From: Eledone cirrhosa
Taxonomy: Eukaryota
Length of the DNA stretch: 64,000 nt
Direction: 5' to 3'
Assembly: GCA_964016885.1 (NCBI GenBank)
Contig: OZ024749.1
Coordinates: forward strand, 37,882,001 to 37,946,000
Shown: positions 45,490-60,301 of the stretch, in pieces
How the letters are laid out: each line of letters begins with the position of its first letter
Numbering within the stretch: position 1 is the stretch's first letter
Translations under genes and position numbers: made by a program
Notes under the pieces: generated by a model
The model's input: the letters and a program-made list of their open reading frames with translations, nothing else
Databases searched by the model: none
Told to the model about the DNA's origin: nothing

Positions 45490-45547
<58 letters not shown>

Positions 45548-45625
45548 TGTATGTATGTATATGCTTATACATGTATACATTATATGTGTATATGTATGTA
45601 TATAAACACACACGCAGCCTCTTAT
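45185..45625. repeat. Tandem repeat of about 110-130 bp, 4 copies, with variable TA spacers
   Basis: GTTTGTATG..GCTTATACATG..AAACACACACGTAGCCTCTT-(TA)n. Confidence 0.9.
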
Positions 45626-45954
45626 ATATATATGCATACATATGTACAACCGCTTTTGTTTTACGCCTTTTCTATGTAATCGTGCGTGTCTGTGGTTTTA
45701 TGGCAAGATAGAGAGAAAGAGGAAGGGAAGAAAGCCTTGAGAAGAGGAGATAGAATTCTCTGGCTATCCTTGGTTCTCTCTGGTTGTCTGCGAGTTCCTC
45801 ATCTGTAAAAACCGAAATATTGGGAGTATTGTTTTTCTATTTTATTTCACCATTCAATTAAATGGTGTCTGTTTATTGAGCTATTTCAATAAGTGTGTCG
45901 TAATTGTTCTGTCAACGGGAAATTTTAACTACTCAAAATTGGTTGAAATTAAGC

Positions 45955-46140
45955 TTTTAGCCGGAAGTTGTGCCGCAGAAAAACAATTATGGCGTCCCGT
46001 GTGATTGACGCATCTCTCAACGACATGGCTTGCCCACCTTCATTACATTTATGTTTAGTGTAGTGTGCTAGTGTGTAATTTTCTTGTCAAAAATATGAAT
46101 GTCGACTTTACAAAAAGGAAGTTGACATTTCCGCCCAGTG
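45955..46140 (+). promoter_or_regulatory. Candidate promoter/5' end (ETS and YY1-like motifs)
   Basis: CCGGAAGT at 45961, ATGGCG at 45989, AGGAAGT near 46117, in unique CpG-containing sequence. Confidence 0.3.
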
Positions 46141-47013
46141 ACCAGGTGTTTGTTACTAATCTTATTCTCTATCTCTCCATCTCTCTCCTTCCCTCTTCAT
46201 CACTTTCTCTCTCTCTCTCTTTCTTTCTTTTTATAGACGCTGCTTCTTGCAGATGGCGTAAGAGAAAAGAGAAAAGTCGCTTCTTTTCATGGGAGGAGGC
46301 TAATAAGGCTTTGAGTAGATTTGATCCTATCTCACCTTGAACAAACTGCTGTAAATAGAGAAAAGGGAAAGCAAATGAGCATTGCTTCTTAATTAACTAA
46401 TTTTCTTTTCTCATTCTAAATAGTTCGTTTTAATAGATGGACCGTGAATCATGTTAAGATATACATTCGACTCGGAGAGAATGTAAAATGAAAGCATATC
46501 ACAATGAATGTCTGTTGGTGAAGTGTGTCTGTATTGAAAAACATATTAATACAATTAAGATTTCAAAGCAACGAAGAATGTGGAGTTGACGGCATCGGTA
46601 AGGTTTGGTAGTGGGGTTGGTAACGTGGAGTTGTGGATATGTGGTGGTGTGGTGTAGTGTGGTGTGGTGGATATGTGTGGTGGTTAGTCTCGATGAAGAA
46701 ATCGGTGAAAAAGCATTTAAAAGAAGCAGATGAGAAAAGATATAATTGAGTAGCCATCGGATCGTTACCAATATGACAATCGCAGACGATTAAATCTTCC
46801 ATTAGTCTAGAAGAATATAGCTTTTTCGCACGAATGACACTTGTCAGGAGAATATTCCATGAAAGTAGATTCAGTTTGGCGTTGTTGTTGTAATTGTTGA
46901 TAGTATTGTTAGTGTTGTTGTTGCTGATGATGGTGGTGTTGTTGTTACTGTTGTTGTTGTTGTTATTGTTCATGTTGTTGGTGTTATTTTGTTGTTTTTG
47001 TCCTGTTTCTTTA

Positions 47014-47099
<86 letters not shown>

Positions 47100-47659
47100 T
47101 CTTTATGTATTTATTTAAATCTTTTCTCATTCTTTTTTTTTTTGTGTTTTCGTTTTGATTATTTGTTTCTCGTGGCTTTTCTCAATTATGGAGCAATTGT
47201 AAGTTTCGCTTCGGAAAATTTTCTTGTTTTTATTCGACGCTAATTTATCGGTAGCGAGACATCAACACCACCACCACCAACAAAACTACAACAACGATAA
47301 CAACACTACCAACAACAGCAATAATAACTAATCTACTACAACAATAACAATGACATAAACCACAACAGTTACAACACTAATAATAACAACCTCAATGGCC
47401 AAAACACCCACAACAATAATAACAACCACAACGATACGAATAACAACTTTTCTTTCCATTAAGAGAAATTATTTCCAATCCTTTCTTTAATGGATCATTG
47501 TTAAAAACATACTACCAGAATTTCTTTATTTTATATTTAGCTGGATTAACGTAAATATTTTGTCTTTAAATGGCTGACAAACAACACATGCTTTCTCTCC
47601 TTTCTTAGTTTTTTTTCATCTTTTTTTTCACTAATATGTCTCCCTTCATTTGCGACCAC

Positions 47660-48237
47660 TAATTTCTGGGAGAGTCGTGAGGGAAAAGCCCCCAGTCACG
47701 CCATCCAAAGGCACTTATCAAAAACAACCGACTCCATTTGATCCGGCTGAATCCCCAAGCGACACCAATCAAGCTCATGTATGTTATCTAACCAGCTTGC
47801 TCGTGGTCTACCACTAGGTCTCCAGCCAGTTGACGTAGCGAATAACATCTGCCCAGAGATTGTTTTCTTATATATCGTAACCATATATATATGTAATATC
47901 AGATTTGAAATCTTTCGATTCATAGAAATAGTGGCTCCACCTGGAACAACTTCCTGATCCCCGAGCCACGCACCTTACCGAAAAATATTATTGCAAATAT
48001 CATTCGAAAGAACCTCTTATTTCGGCTGCTTGCATACGCGATCGTATGCTTTCGGTCATTACTCAGGATTCATGACCATAGGTAAAGAAAATTACGAACA
48101 CCAAATTGAAGATGGTTAGTTTGGCTTTTAAACCTACCTCCATAATTCTGTTAACAGAATGCTGAAGCTGGCGCATTACTGCACTGGCTCTAGCAATTCT
48201 TGCATTTAATTCAGTAACTTGCCTTCCATCACACGTG

Positions 48238-48238
<1 letters not shown>
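47660..48238 (-). mobile_element. Decayed RTE-type LINE 3' region
   Basis: TYGHES*VMTESIRSRMQAAE and TGWRPSGRPRASWLDNI..LGI. Confidence 0.7.
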
Positions 48239-48285
<47 letters not shown>

Positions 48286-48898
48286 AGAAACCAGATGCAG
48301 AAATAACTGATAGTTATATATATTACCTTAGAAATTAGGATACGGTTGGCCAGCAGCAGCTACGAAGAACCGAACTGCGTAACGTTACATGTGTATATAT
48401 ATATATATGTGTGTGTGTATATATATAGTGAAAGATTGAGAATGGAGACGTATTTCTAGGTAAATTTAGAACCTAAATATCTCGATTGAGGAAAGTTGAA
48501 AATTTCGTGAAATACTTTACATGAATTTTTTTTATTGCGATCTAATTGGACAGTAGGCGATCACATGACCGCTAAAAGCATACGTCCAGTTTAAGATGAA
48601 AAATGGCGTAGACTTTCGTTTTGTAGCTGCCACTTAGACTAAGGAAATGCATAGATTGGAGAAAATGTCGGCTTCACCTAAACTAATGCATGTTGTTGAT
48701 TTAAATATATAGACGTTGTTAGTGGAAAGGAAGCGTTGCTCAGCTGGGTACAACAAACAGCAATGGTGTTTGAGACGTTGAAATATTGTTGAGGATTTGA
48801 CTCCGATTTGACTCCGCTGACCGGTCGAAGAAGACTGATGTAATAAGTTTTAACTAATTTGTTATATGTGTATGTATGGGTATATATATATATATATA

Positions 48899-48948
<50 letters not shown>

Positions 48949-49039
48949 TGTCTGTGTGTGTGTGTGTGTAATTATATATGTATATATTCATATAGTTATA
49001 TATATTCATATAGTTATATATAACATGTATATATATAAC

Positions 49040-49087
<48 letters not shown>

Positions 49088-49192
49088 GTATATGTTTATA
49101 TATATATATATTTGTGTTTGCTTGTCTGTGTGTGTATGTGTAATTATATATGTATATATTCATATAGTTATATATAACATGTATATAATAAC

Positions 49193-49408
<216 letters not shown>

Positions 49409-49631
49409 GTTTGCTTGTCTGTGTGTATGAGTATATATGTATATATCTATGAATGTATATACATATATATATATATATACATATTTATATATGTGTGTGT
49501 GTTTGCGGAATTGGGAGGCTGGAGAGGTTGGGAAAAGATGGGGGGAGAAATGGGAGAGTTGCGGGAGACAGAGAAGGATTTTAATAGATGTTTGTGGTAA
49601 TCACCGGAATGCTTAGGTGAGTAAAGTAAAT

Positions 49632-49713
<82 letters not shown>

Positions 49714-49730
49714 ATAAATATATATATATA

Positions 49731-49768
<38 letters not shown>

Positions 49769-49801
49769 TATATATATATATTTATATATATATATATATA
49801 A

Positions 49802-49832
<31 letters not shown>

Positions 49833-50222
49833 AAGAGAAGAGAGAGAGGGGGGGGGAGTGAGAGAGAGAAAGAGTGAGAGAGAGCGGGAGAGAGAGAAAA
49901 AAAGAGAGAGAGAGAGAGATACATAGATAGATAGATACGTTGTAAGACTGACAATGATATAAACAAATATATATATGATAATGTAGGGAAACATATATGT
50001 GTGTGTGTGTGTGAATATATATTAATATATATATAATTATGTGTGTGTGTGCGTGTGTATATATATATATATTAATATGTATATATATATATTTATGTGT
50101 GTGTGTGCGTGTGTATATATATATACATATATATATGAAAAGTCACAGATGATTGAATGCTAAAGTCAGTGGGAGTGTGAAAATAAAGTTTGTTGCTAAC
50201 AATCCATATTTATATCTATATA

Positions 50223-50345
<123 letters not shown>

Positions 50346-50386
50346 GCATATATATCCATATATATGTATGTGTATGTGTATTTAAC

Positions 50387-50430
<44 letters not shown>

Positions 50431-50432
50431 TT

Positions 50433-50463
<31 letters not shown>

Positions 50464-50498
50464 TTGTATAGATATATATGTATGTGTGTGTGTATTTG

Positions 50499-50568
<70 letters not shown>

Positions 50569-50889
50569 TATATATATGTATGTATGTATGTTTGTATAGA
50601 TATATGTGTGTGTTTGTGTGTTGAGAATAATATTTGAAACATCTTTATAAATTCGATGGAAAAATGAGAAAAATTGTGGAAACCAGCGTGTTTAATGCTG
50701 ACTTATGGCTTACAAAAAACGTACTTTTGTTGATGGTAAATTTCCCCAAGGGTCCCTTCTGTGTAGAGAACATATAGTTAAGTGTAGCCTACCATACAAA
50801 ATGAAGTGAACTGATAACACTTAACGTAGAAACATTGACAGGGTACATGGGATTTAGTAGATGCATATACCAACACCACCACCACCACC

Positions 50890-50921
<32 letters not shown>

Positions 50922-51435
50922 CAATAGTGGTGGTGGTGGTGGTTACCAAGCAACCACGACCAACACGAGAGTAACATCACAATCAGCAGCAGCATCACCA
51001 CAGTGTAACAAGAACAAGAACAACACTCATAACAACAACACCATTATAACACACACAACCTCAAATCATAGACCAACCACCAGCAAACAACACACAGACC
51101 TTTATCAAGACCATCATCAGCAACATCATCACCAAAACAACAGCAGTATAAAAAAAAGACCATCGCCACCACCACCTCCACCACAGACAATGCCACTGTT
51201 CCTCAATAAGCCCAATACCCCCCACCCCCACCCCACCCCCCACCTTCTACTGCACTGTCAGTAATATTTGATGCGGTTTGGTTTATTCAAACATCATATT
51301 ATGTTGCATTGAGAGTATCAGTGTTAGCTCTGGACTTCCGGACACCCAGCTGGGCTCCACCAAATCCACAGCAGGGCACATCTAGGCCACCAATGGGTCT
51401 CCATCAGTATACTATGAATGTGTGTGTGTGTGTGT

Positions 51436-51476
<41 letters not shown>

Positions 51477-51606
51477 TATTTATATTTGGCTTTATATAAA
51501 GATATATCATATAAAATAATTTTTAATATGAACCATTTTAAATTTATGATAATACATGTTGAGGAAATTAGCTATAGGGTTAATACAGTTTGTAATATTG
51601 GACAAT

Positions 51607-51795
51607 GGCGGTGGATTGGCATTATCGGTAGCGGGTCGGATGCTATGCTTTGCAGCAGAGAGTTACGGCCGTTTACGGCTCAAGTTCAAATCCCGCCGAG
51701 GTTAACTTTGCCTTTTATCCTTACGGGACCGATCAAAATAAAGTACCAGTAATGCACTAGGATAATTGCTGGTCTTGTGCAAAGTAGAAACAATT
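51607..51795 (+). mobile_element. SINE
   Basis: Full consensus match. Confidence 0.85.
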
Positions 51796-52622
51796 ATTTG
51801 ACTATCCTCTATATTAATTTTTTTCATTTTTCAGCTGTGGAGGATTAAGAAGGATTAAGGCAATAGTAATGACCCCGATGAAAGTTTCTCTCTGGGACCC
51901 TATGCAGGCTTAATCTGCCTTGTTTAGGATATTTAGGATATCTTAATGTGTCCATAACCCGAATGAAGAGATCTTATAAAGGCTGTGACTAAGTAATCCT
52001 ACAAGATAGCATTGTCACTAGCAGAATCTACAGAACTGCAGGTATCTTCTATAGACGAAGGTGAAGAGAGGCTAGACTGAGTGTGATGTATGAAGAAACA
52101 CAGAAACAGAATTTTAAACGGCCTACAAATTAATTTTTTGCTTCTTTAAAAAATATGCAAGGGCCCGTTTAAATGTTCAGTCAGCAAACACTTTACAAGT
52201 TTAGTTTGTCCCAGCCATTCAGACGGAGTTTCTCTTGTCAACCTTTCGATAAGAGTCCAAATAAGAACATAATACAAAACCTATCACCAGCAATACATCA
52301 ACAACTACATTATATTTAACACCGCCATCACATGTCAATGAAATTCAATAATAACAAATACGTCAGAAAATGTTTCATTGTTTTTATTATAATTGAGAGG
52401 AGGAGGAGCGGGAGGAGGAGGAGTTGGGAGAAGGAGGAAGAGGAGGAGCTGGCGGTGGTGATATGGATGGAGCTGGTGATCATGTGACAGTGAGACATAT
52501 CACCACCACAACCACAACCACGAATGTTATGTTGATACAGATATTCTGTCTGTTCGATATTTATTATTGTTTCTCGGGTTGTCGCTAGGTGGCACTGCAA
52601 CTAGTCACTACAATGATATATT

Positions 52623-52657
<35 letters not shown>

Positions 52658-52683
52658 GTATATATGTATTTATATATATATAT

Positions 52684-52717
<34 letters not shown>

Positions 52718-53232
52718 CTGTGTGGGCGCGTTTATGTGTGTGTGTGTGAGAGGTGTGTGTGTGTGCGTGTATGTGTGTGCGCGTGTGAGTGTGTGTGTAT
52801 CGTACAACAATACTTGCCCACCCTTGGTGTGAGACAGTGTTTTTATCTCTGCAATATGGCGGAATCCGTTAAGACAGTGGACAGTTTAGATTCACACTGG
52901 GACGCCATATTTCGTTCTTTCCTCTCCACCCCCATGCCACTCCTTCCGCAAAACGCTGATGGTCGTAGTGGTGGCTATGGGCTGTTGTTGTTATTGGTGG
53001 TGGTGGTGGTGGTGGTGGTTGTGGTGGTGGTGGTGTGGTGGTGGTGGTTCTGGTCGCTGTGAGGATAGGGTGATAGTGGTGGTGACGGTGGTGGTAAAAC
53101 TCTGAGTAGTAACATACAAGAATCGCAGACCTGACTGCAATATTAATATATATATATATATATATATATAATGTATATGTCTATACATATATATATTATG
53201 TATATATATATTATATATATAGAGAGAGAGAG

Positions 53233-53277
<45 letters not shown>

Positions 53278-53278
53278 A

Positions 53279-53327
<49 letters not shown>

Positions 53328-53328
53328 A

Positions 53329-53415
<87 letters not shown>

Positions 53416-54012
53416 GAGAGATGAATACACACACACACACACGCACATAAAAACATCCTTCATATACACATGTGCAGATATCAATCTACTTTTACACATG
53501 GTGTCACAGTATTTTCAATTGGACTGTCTTAAACAGCGGGATTACCTCCCTCTTTAAGTCCTCCCAACACTACACCACACATTGCACCTTAACACTGCAC
53601 CACCATTGCACTCACTGCCACCAAACTTCGCCATAAATCTGTTACTATGACAACCGTGCACGAAGAGTTAATTAGCGAAAAGGACTGCCTAATTGCAACT
53701 GCAGCAATTTAGGGAAATACTTTTGTTTCTGAGAGAGACAAAATGGCGACCGTATGAATCGTTAGTGTAGCATGGCTGACAGTATGGTGGTGCTGGTGGT
53801 GCTATTGTTATTTTTGTTATTGGTAATGTTGGTGGTGGTGGTGAGGGTGTTGGTAGATGAGCATGGTTGACAGTATGGTGGTACTGGTGGAGCATAGCTG
53901 ACAGTAAACATTGTGCCGTGGTGAAACAGATGAGGGCGATGGTGAAACGCCTCTTAGCGACAGGAGAAGACGCTACATCGGTCGGTGTTAAATGTCTGAA
54001 AGCATTATGCAG

Positions 54013-54043
<31 letters not shown>

Positions 54044-54126
54044 ACACACAGACACACACACACACACACAAACACACACAAACACACACACACACACAGA
54101 CACACACACACAGACACACACACACA

Positions 54127-54210
<84 letters not shown>

Positions 54211-54946
54211 TACATACACACACACAAGCATACAAACATATATAGACACAAAAGCACATATACACATATATACTGTGCGTGTATAAAATCTACATATACC
54301 GAATTATTGACACTGTTTAATGACTGAAACATGTAACAGAGAGTCTGTGGAATACTCAGCCATATGCTCTATAATTTCAGTTGATCTGACAACTGTTACA
54401 GTCGGATACCTCAAATGTACCTGTATTTTATGTATATATTCATGGGTATATATGTACGTCTTCGTGTCTAAGTTTTTGCTAATGTGTGTATAATGTTATG
54501 AAGCCTTTACCAATGAATTTTGAAAGCTGGTGACGAGAGCCATCAGGTGGAATCTAGCAGAGGCAAAGGAGGGTAACCTGACGACAGTCGACCGTTTGTC
54601 AATTCGGTACTGCTATGTTGGAGCGAAAACCTTCATTCTGTTTCAGGTCGAGCCGGCCGATAGTTCCATATGCAAATGAGGCTTATGCATGTACATAGGC
54701 GTGAAAACTATATATTTTCGCCTATATTGAACTCCAGCAGAGAGCAGTGTGAGGGACCGTTGTTTTAATAATGACTAGTCAAGAAATGGTCGGCCGTCGA
54801 TGGATTACCGATCCAGCTTTGCTGGAATCTTCCTCATGGCTCCAGTCATCAGCTTCCAAAATTCATAGCTAAAGGTTTTCAAAATGATTATTCGTAAAAG
54901 TTCATCGCAAGATACACACACACACACACTCACACACACTCACACA

Positions 54947-55052
<106 letters not shown>

Positions 55053-55084
55053 TCTATATAAATATGTATATATATATATATATC

Positions 55085-55395
55085 AGGTCTCTCTCGAGTG
55101 CTACTGGTAACATGTAACCCATTACAACCTGTCTCATGGTCGGGTCATCGGCGACTAAACCGGCAACCCCGCCAAGTTTGTTTGGTGAGGAGGGTCATAG
55201 TTGGACGGCCTGTGGGATGAAATACAAAACACGGCAAAAGGCGGAGGAACTCAACAGATCAACAGCCATCCTAATAGTACATTTTTTTTTTCACCCGGGA
55301 GTGAAGGCCCCCAGTTGTTGTCACAATACCTTTCTAGGAGAGGGAAACTGAAACAAAAACCTGCGGCTTCGGAAGAATCCAATGATGTTGACCAG
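55085..55395 (+). mobile_element. Probable RTE LINE 5' UTR fragment
   Basis: TCTAGGAGAGGGAAACTGAAACAAAAACC resembles, from memory, the motif in RTE 5' UTRs; no ORF follows. Confidence 0.45.
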
Positions 55396-55614
55396 TTCTC
55401 CTTTTCGGGTAGTATTTTCGATGTTCACAGGGTGGGATTGGTCGAGTGCAAGGCCTTTCCACAATTAAAAAAACCCTTCAAAGCACAAGCGTTGCTTGTT
55501 CGAGATATGTTACAGGTTTGTGTGACTGGCGGTAACCAAAGAGCAGTGTGAGGGAGCGTTGTTTTAATCTATAATCTGACAAGTGATGGCTGCAAACTCT
55601 TAGCAGAGTTTGCA

Positions 55615-56203
<589 letters not shown>

Positions 56204-56240
56204 CAGAGTTTGCAGCCATCATATATATATATATATATAT

Positions 56241-56422
56241 ATCTAAGGCGGGTAAAATTCCCGGGATCCATGGACGATTCTCTCCAGCGGTCTCTGTCCC
56301 TCATTATCGCTGCCATGTCCTGCGTCTCCAACAGACCAGTGTCTGTCCTTAGGGCATCAACACACGGTAACCTTGGTCTTCCTCTTCTAGTGTGTCCATG
56401 TAGGGGATCCCACAGGAGCACT
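56241..56422 (-). mobile_element. RTE-like LINE 3' end
   Basis: LLWDPLHGHTRRGRPR..DALRTDTG..DRDRWRE. Confidence 0.75.
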
Positions 56423-56565
56423 GAGTGCAATGTCAACTCTGGATGTCGGTGAGCATGTCAAGCTAACCTCAGTCTCCTCTGTGTCACTTTTGAGCTGACT
56501 TTGGGGATGCTTTGGGATGCTCCCATACAGCTCCGCGAATAAGCACTCCATTTTTATTATATGTA

Positions 56566-56661
<96 letters not shown>

Positions 56662-56873
56662 CATATAATAAAAATGGAGCGCTTATGCGCGGAAATGGTA
56701 TAGAATAAGTTATAAAATAGACTGAAGTCCCATCAAGACAGAAAAGGAATCTGCCATCGGCCGGTGTGAGGAATCAAACACCATATCTCCCAGATACAGG
56801 CTGTGTGTGTGTATGTATGTACATATGTGTATGCATGCTTGTATATGTGAATGTGTATGTGTATGTGGCTATA

Positions 56874-57281
56874 TAGTTTCTACTATAGCCACAAGGCCAG
56901 CAATTTGGTGGGAGGGGAAATTCGATTAAATCGACCCATTGCGTGACTGGTACTTTGTTTTATCGACCCGTAAGGAGAAAAAGGCAAAGCTAACTTCGGC
57001 GGGATTTGAACTCAGCTTTTCAAGGGACGTAACTCTATGCTGCAAAGCATGGTGTCCGACGCTCTAGCGAGTCTGCCAATCCACCGCCCTTTTGTGCCTA
57101 TATAATTGTTTCTACTTTAGGCACAAGGCCAGCAATTACTCAGTGCATTACTGGTACTTTATTTTATAGACCCCGTAAGGATGAAAGGCAAAGTCAACCT
57201 CGGCGAGATTTGAACTCAGATCGTAAAGGGACGTAACTATGCTGGAAAGCATGGCGTCCGACCCTCTACCGATACTGCCAA
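56874..57281 (-). mobile_element. Two tandem SINEs (56874-57088 long-tail variant; 57103-57281 short variant)
   Basis: Reverse complement of the consensus; the first carries an extra GGTGGGAGGGGAAATTCGATTAAATCGACCC segment. Confidence 0.85.
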
Positions 57282-57412
57282 TAATGGTATGTATATATAT
57301 GTGCAGTATACCAAAAAACTGGCCCTGGGATACCAATTAATTATACCAGACTTAGCATTAGTTACACCAAACCCCTCCTCCTCCCTTTACTATTGATACT
57401 ATTTACCACTAT

Positions 57413-57478
<66 letters not shown>

Positions 57479-57676
57479 ATATATAACACATATATATAAC
57501 ACACGTACATATACATATATATATATACATTTGACACTGAAATTCGTTTGTTTGAATTCATATGATTCCAGTTCCTCAGTGAAATAACAACCCAACCAGG
57601 AACTGGGCATATCAGAGTATTGACAATATTATACACCTCAACAACATATGTACTTGTCTATACCACACTAATTCGG

Positions 57677-57731
57677 ACTGCCTGAAGAGGTCACAGCCAA
57701 AGATGGCTGTCACTGAAATATACATAGCAGT
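57677..57731 (+). ncRNA. Type I minimal hammerhead ribozyme motif
   Basis: ACTGC-CTGAAGA-GGTCACAGCC-AAAGAT-GGCTGTCACT-GAAA-T-ATAC-A-TA-GCAGT, immediately followed by AATAAA; lies in a TA-flanked insert at about 57528-57878. Confidence 0.8.
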
Positions 57732-57873
57732 AATAAACGAAGCTAAATTTTAAACATTTGACTTTTTATTTAACTTTATTTTACATTACTCCGGAGTAAC
57801 CAAACCAACCTGCACACTTCGTCGAGTGCTCCAGCCTGCATACTGAGGTGTTGGTATACAACCAACATATACT

Positions 57874-57911
<38 letters not shown>

Positions 57912-57975
57912 TATATATATAGAGAGAGAGATAGAGTGAGAGAGAGGGGATTTATGGTAGATAACATAAAGATAG

Positions 57976-58021
<46 letters not shown>

Positions 58022-58028
58022 ATATATG

Positions 58029-58103
<75 letters not shown>

Positions 58104-58772
58104 ATCTACCATCAACCCTCTCTACCTTTCATTTCTCTCTCAACTTTTCATACTGTCATAAGACTACCCTGTCTCTATTTACCTCTCTCCCCTCAATATA
58201 TCTACCTATCTTATCTATCTATCTGTTTGACAGCCTGTAGGTAAAAAAGATGGAAGAACAAGGGACCACCCTCTCTCTGTGCTCCTGAGGAGAAGGGTTG
58301 CACAATTTTTAGGGGGGGGGCGACCCCCACAAAACGCATCCTCCCTATTGAGGATTTTATTGTTAATTTTATATTTGTTATTTTTTTACTCGTTCTTTTG
58401 TGTAAACTCACCCCTCTGTATTTGTCCCCTTCTTTTGCGCCCTCGTGACAATAAATAGAAACATATCTATCTATCTATCTATCTATATATCTATCTATCT
58501 ATCTGTCTGTATATCTATCTATCTGTCTGTATATATATCTATCTGTCTGTATATATATCTATCTATCTGCCAATCTATCCACTGATATTTACATCAACCT
58601 ATCTCTTCTTTCTCGATATTGCTACAACAAACTCTCTATATCTTCCTCTCAATTTCTCTGTATTAAACTATCATCTCTCGGTTTATCTATTGGTTTATCT
58701 ATCGGTTTGTCTTTATAACTTACACTGATGCATATTGTATATAAATATGTATATATATATACATATTTATAT

Positions 58773-59061
58773 ACAATATGGTTTGCGAAACAGATTTTAG
58801 ATCTGTCCGGGTATCGAAGGCAGTTGCCCAATATCGGTTTGTTATTTTTATTGGTTTATTACTTTAAATCGAGACAGGCAAACCATATTGTTTTAAATTA
58901 GTATTTTTTCAACCTATCTAACTTGCTCATTTGCAATTGGAACACATGTATACTTGTATCGGTGTTCATCCCACTTATATATTCAATCGTATTACACGGC
59001 TCGAAAAGATTCCCTTCCTTGAGCTATTTAATTGTAAAAGACTATTTTGAGTTTCTAACTC
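58773..59061 (+). mobile_element. Family D element with hammerhead 3' half
   Basis: GAAAC-AGAT-TTTAG-ATCT-GTC at 58787-58807, preceded by a 14-nt inverted copy of 58878-58891. Confidence 0.65.
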
Positions 59062-59111
59062 AATCTATGATATATACATGTATATATATATACATATATA
59101 TACATATACAT

Positions 59112-59202
<91 letters not shown>

Positions 59203-59565
59203 CATATATTATATATATATACATATATATATATGTGTGTGTGTGTATAGTATTTATAATAAATATGCAACTACACAATCCATATTATATTTGTATATTC
59301 ATATTAATATATTATATATATATTGTCTTCACTAACTCCTTCCTCCTTCTGCCCTCTTCTCTTTTCTATTCCTTTTTTCCTGGCGTAAATCATTCAGATC
59401 AGGGAAAGGCCTGTGCCGCCATATTTCGCCAGCAACTAGTTTCCTGCAGTTTTAGAAGTTAGGAGGCCATGATGTAGATGTCCTAATTAGCCGATGGAAG
59501 TTCACATCGATAAGCAGATCTAACTCATGCACAGACACACATACACACACACATACACACACGCG

Positions 59566-59655
<90 letters not shown>

Positions 59656-59663
59656 AATGAAAA

Positions 59664-59705
<42 letters not shown>

Positions 59706-59803
59706 TCTAATAATTGCCTCTCACCATCACAATCGTTGTTGTTGTTAATTAGATTTTAAAATCGATATGGTATCAAAACTCGGTCTTTAACTCTCACCCT
59801 TGC

Positions 59804-59861
<58 letters not shown>

Positions 59862-59893
59862 AGAACAAAAGATGGTTAAAAGACTTCCATGTA

Positions 59894-59960
59894 TTTTATT
59901 ATGCGCATTTCAAAAACAAACATCATCATGCAATAATATTTGTGTTTTCATCAGATAAAA
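59894..59960 (-). ncRNA. Type I minimal hammerhead ribozyme motif
   Basis: Minus strand: TTTTAT-CTGATGA-long stem II-GAA-ATGCGCAT-A-ATAAAA; perfect 6-bp stem I and palindromic stem III. Confidence 0.8.
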
Positions 59961-60199
59961 CAGGAAGACATGATATGAAGGTTAAAAAACACTTGTGGAT
60001 AGTTCAGTTTTAAATCAACATATCATATATATATATATATATGTACATATATCCAACTAGATGCATCTCAATTTTACTTTGAAAATCATAAGAACTCTGA
60101 AACCGGTAAAGTAAATAAATATTCTTAAGAGACTCCAGTTGCTTTTAAAAAAATCTTCACACGCAGGCATTGCACGATAGCTTAATTGATAATTATTAA

Positions 60200-60301
60200 T
60201 AATTGTTTCTACTTTTGGCACAAGGCCAGCAATTATCCCAGTGTATTACTGGTACTTTATTTTATCGACCCCGTAAGGATGAAAGGCAAAGTTAACCTCG
60301 G
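60200..60301 (-). mobile_element. SINE, 5'-truncated, with probable TSD (ATTGATAATTATTAATAAT)
   Basis: Core and tail match; the same AT-rich word occurs on both flanks. Confidence 0.8.

Noticed and set aside
45185-45625. Repeat-spacer-like array
   Set aside because: The spacers are only variable-length TA tracts
54800-54860. Minus-strand CTGATGA-CTGGA..TCCAG
   Set aside because: Followed by CAAA rather than GAAA; stems I and III fail
55110-55170. HDV-like ribozyme at the RTE-like 5' end
   Set aside because: P1 and P3 are partly plausible, but P1.1 and P2 could not be paired
58280-58350. CTGAGGA..AAAACGCATC in a (TATC)n-flanked island
   Set aside because: GAAA is absent and stem I is unpaired; cannot be supported
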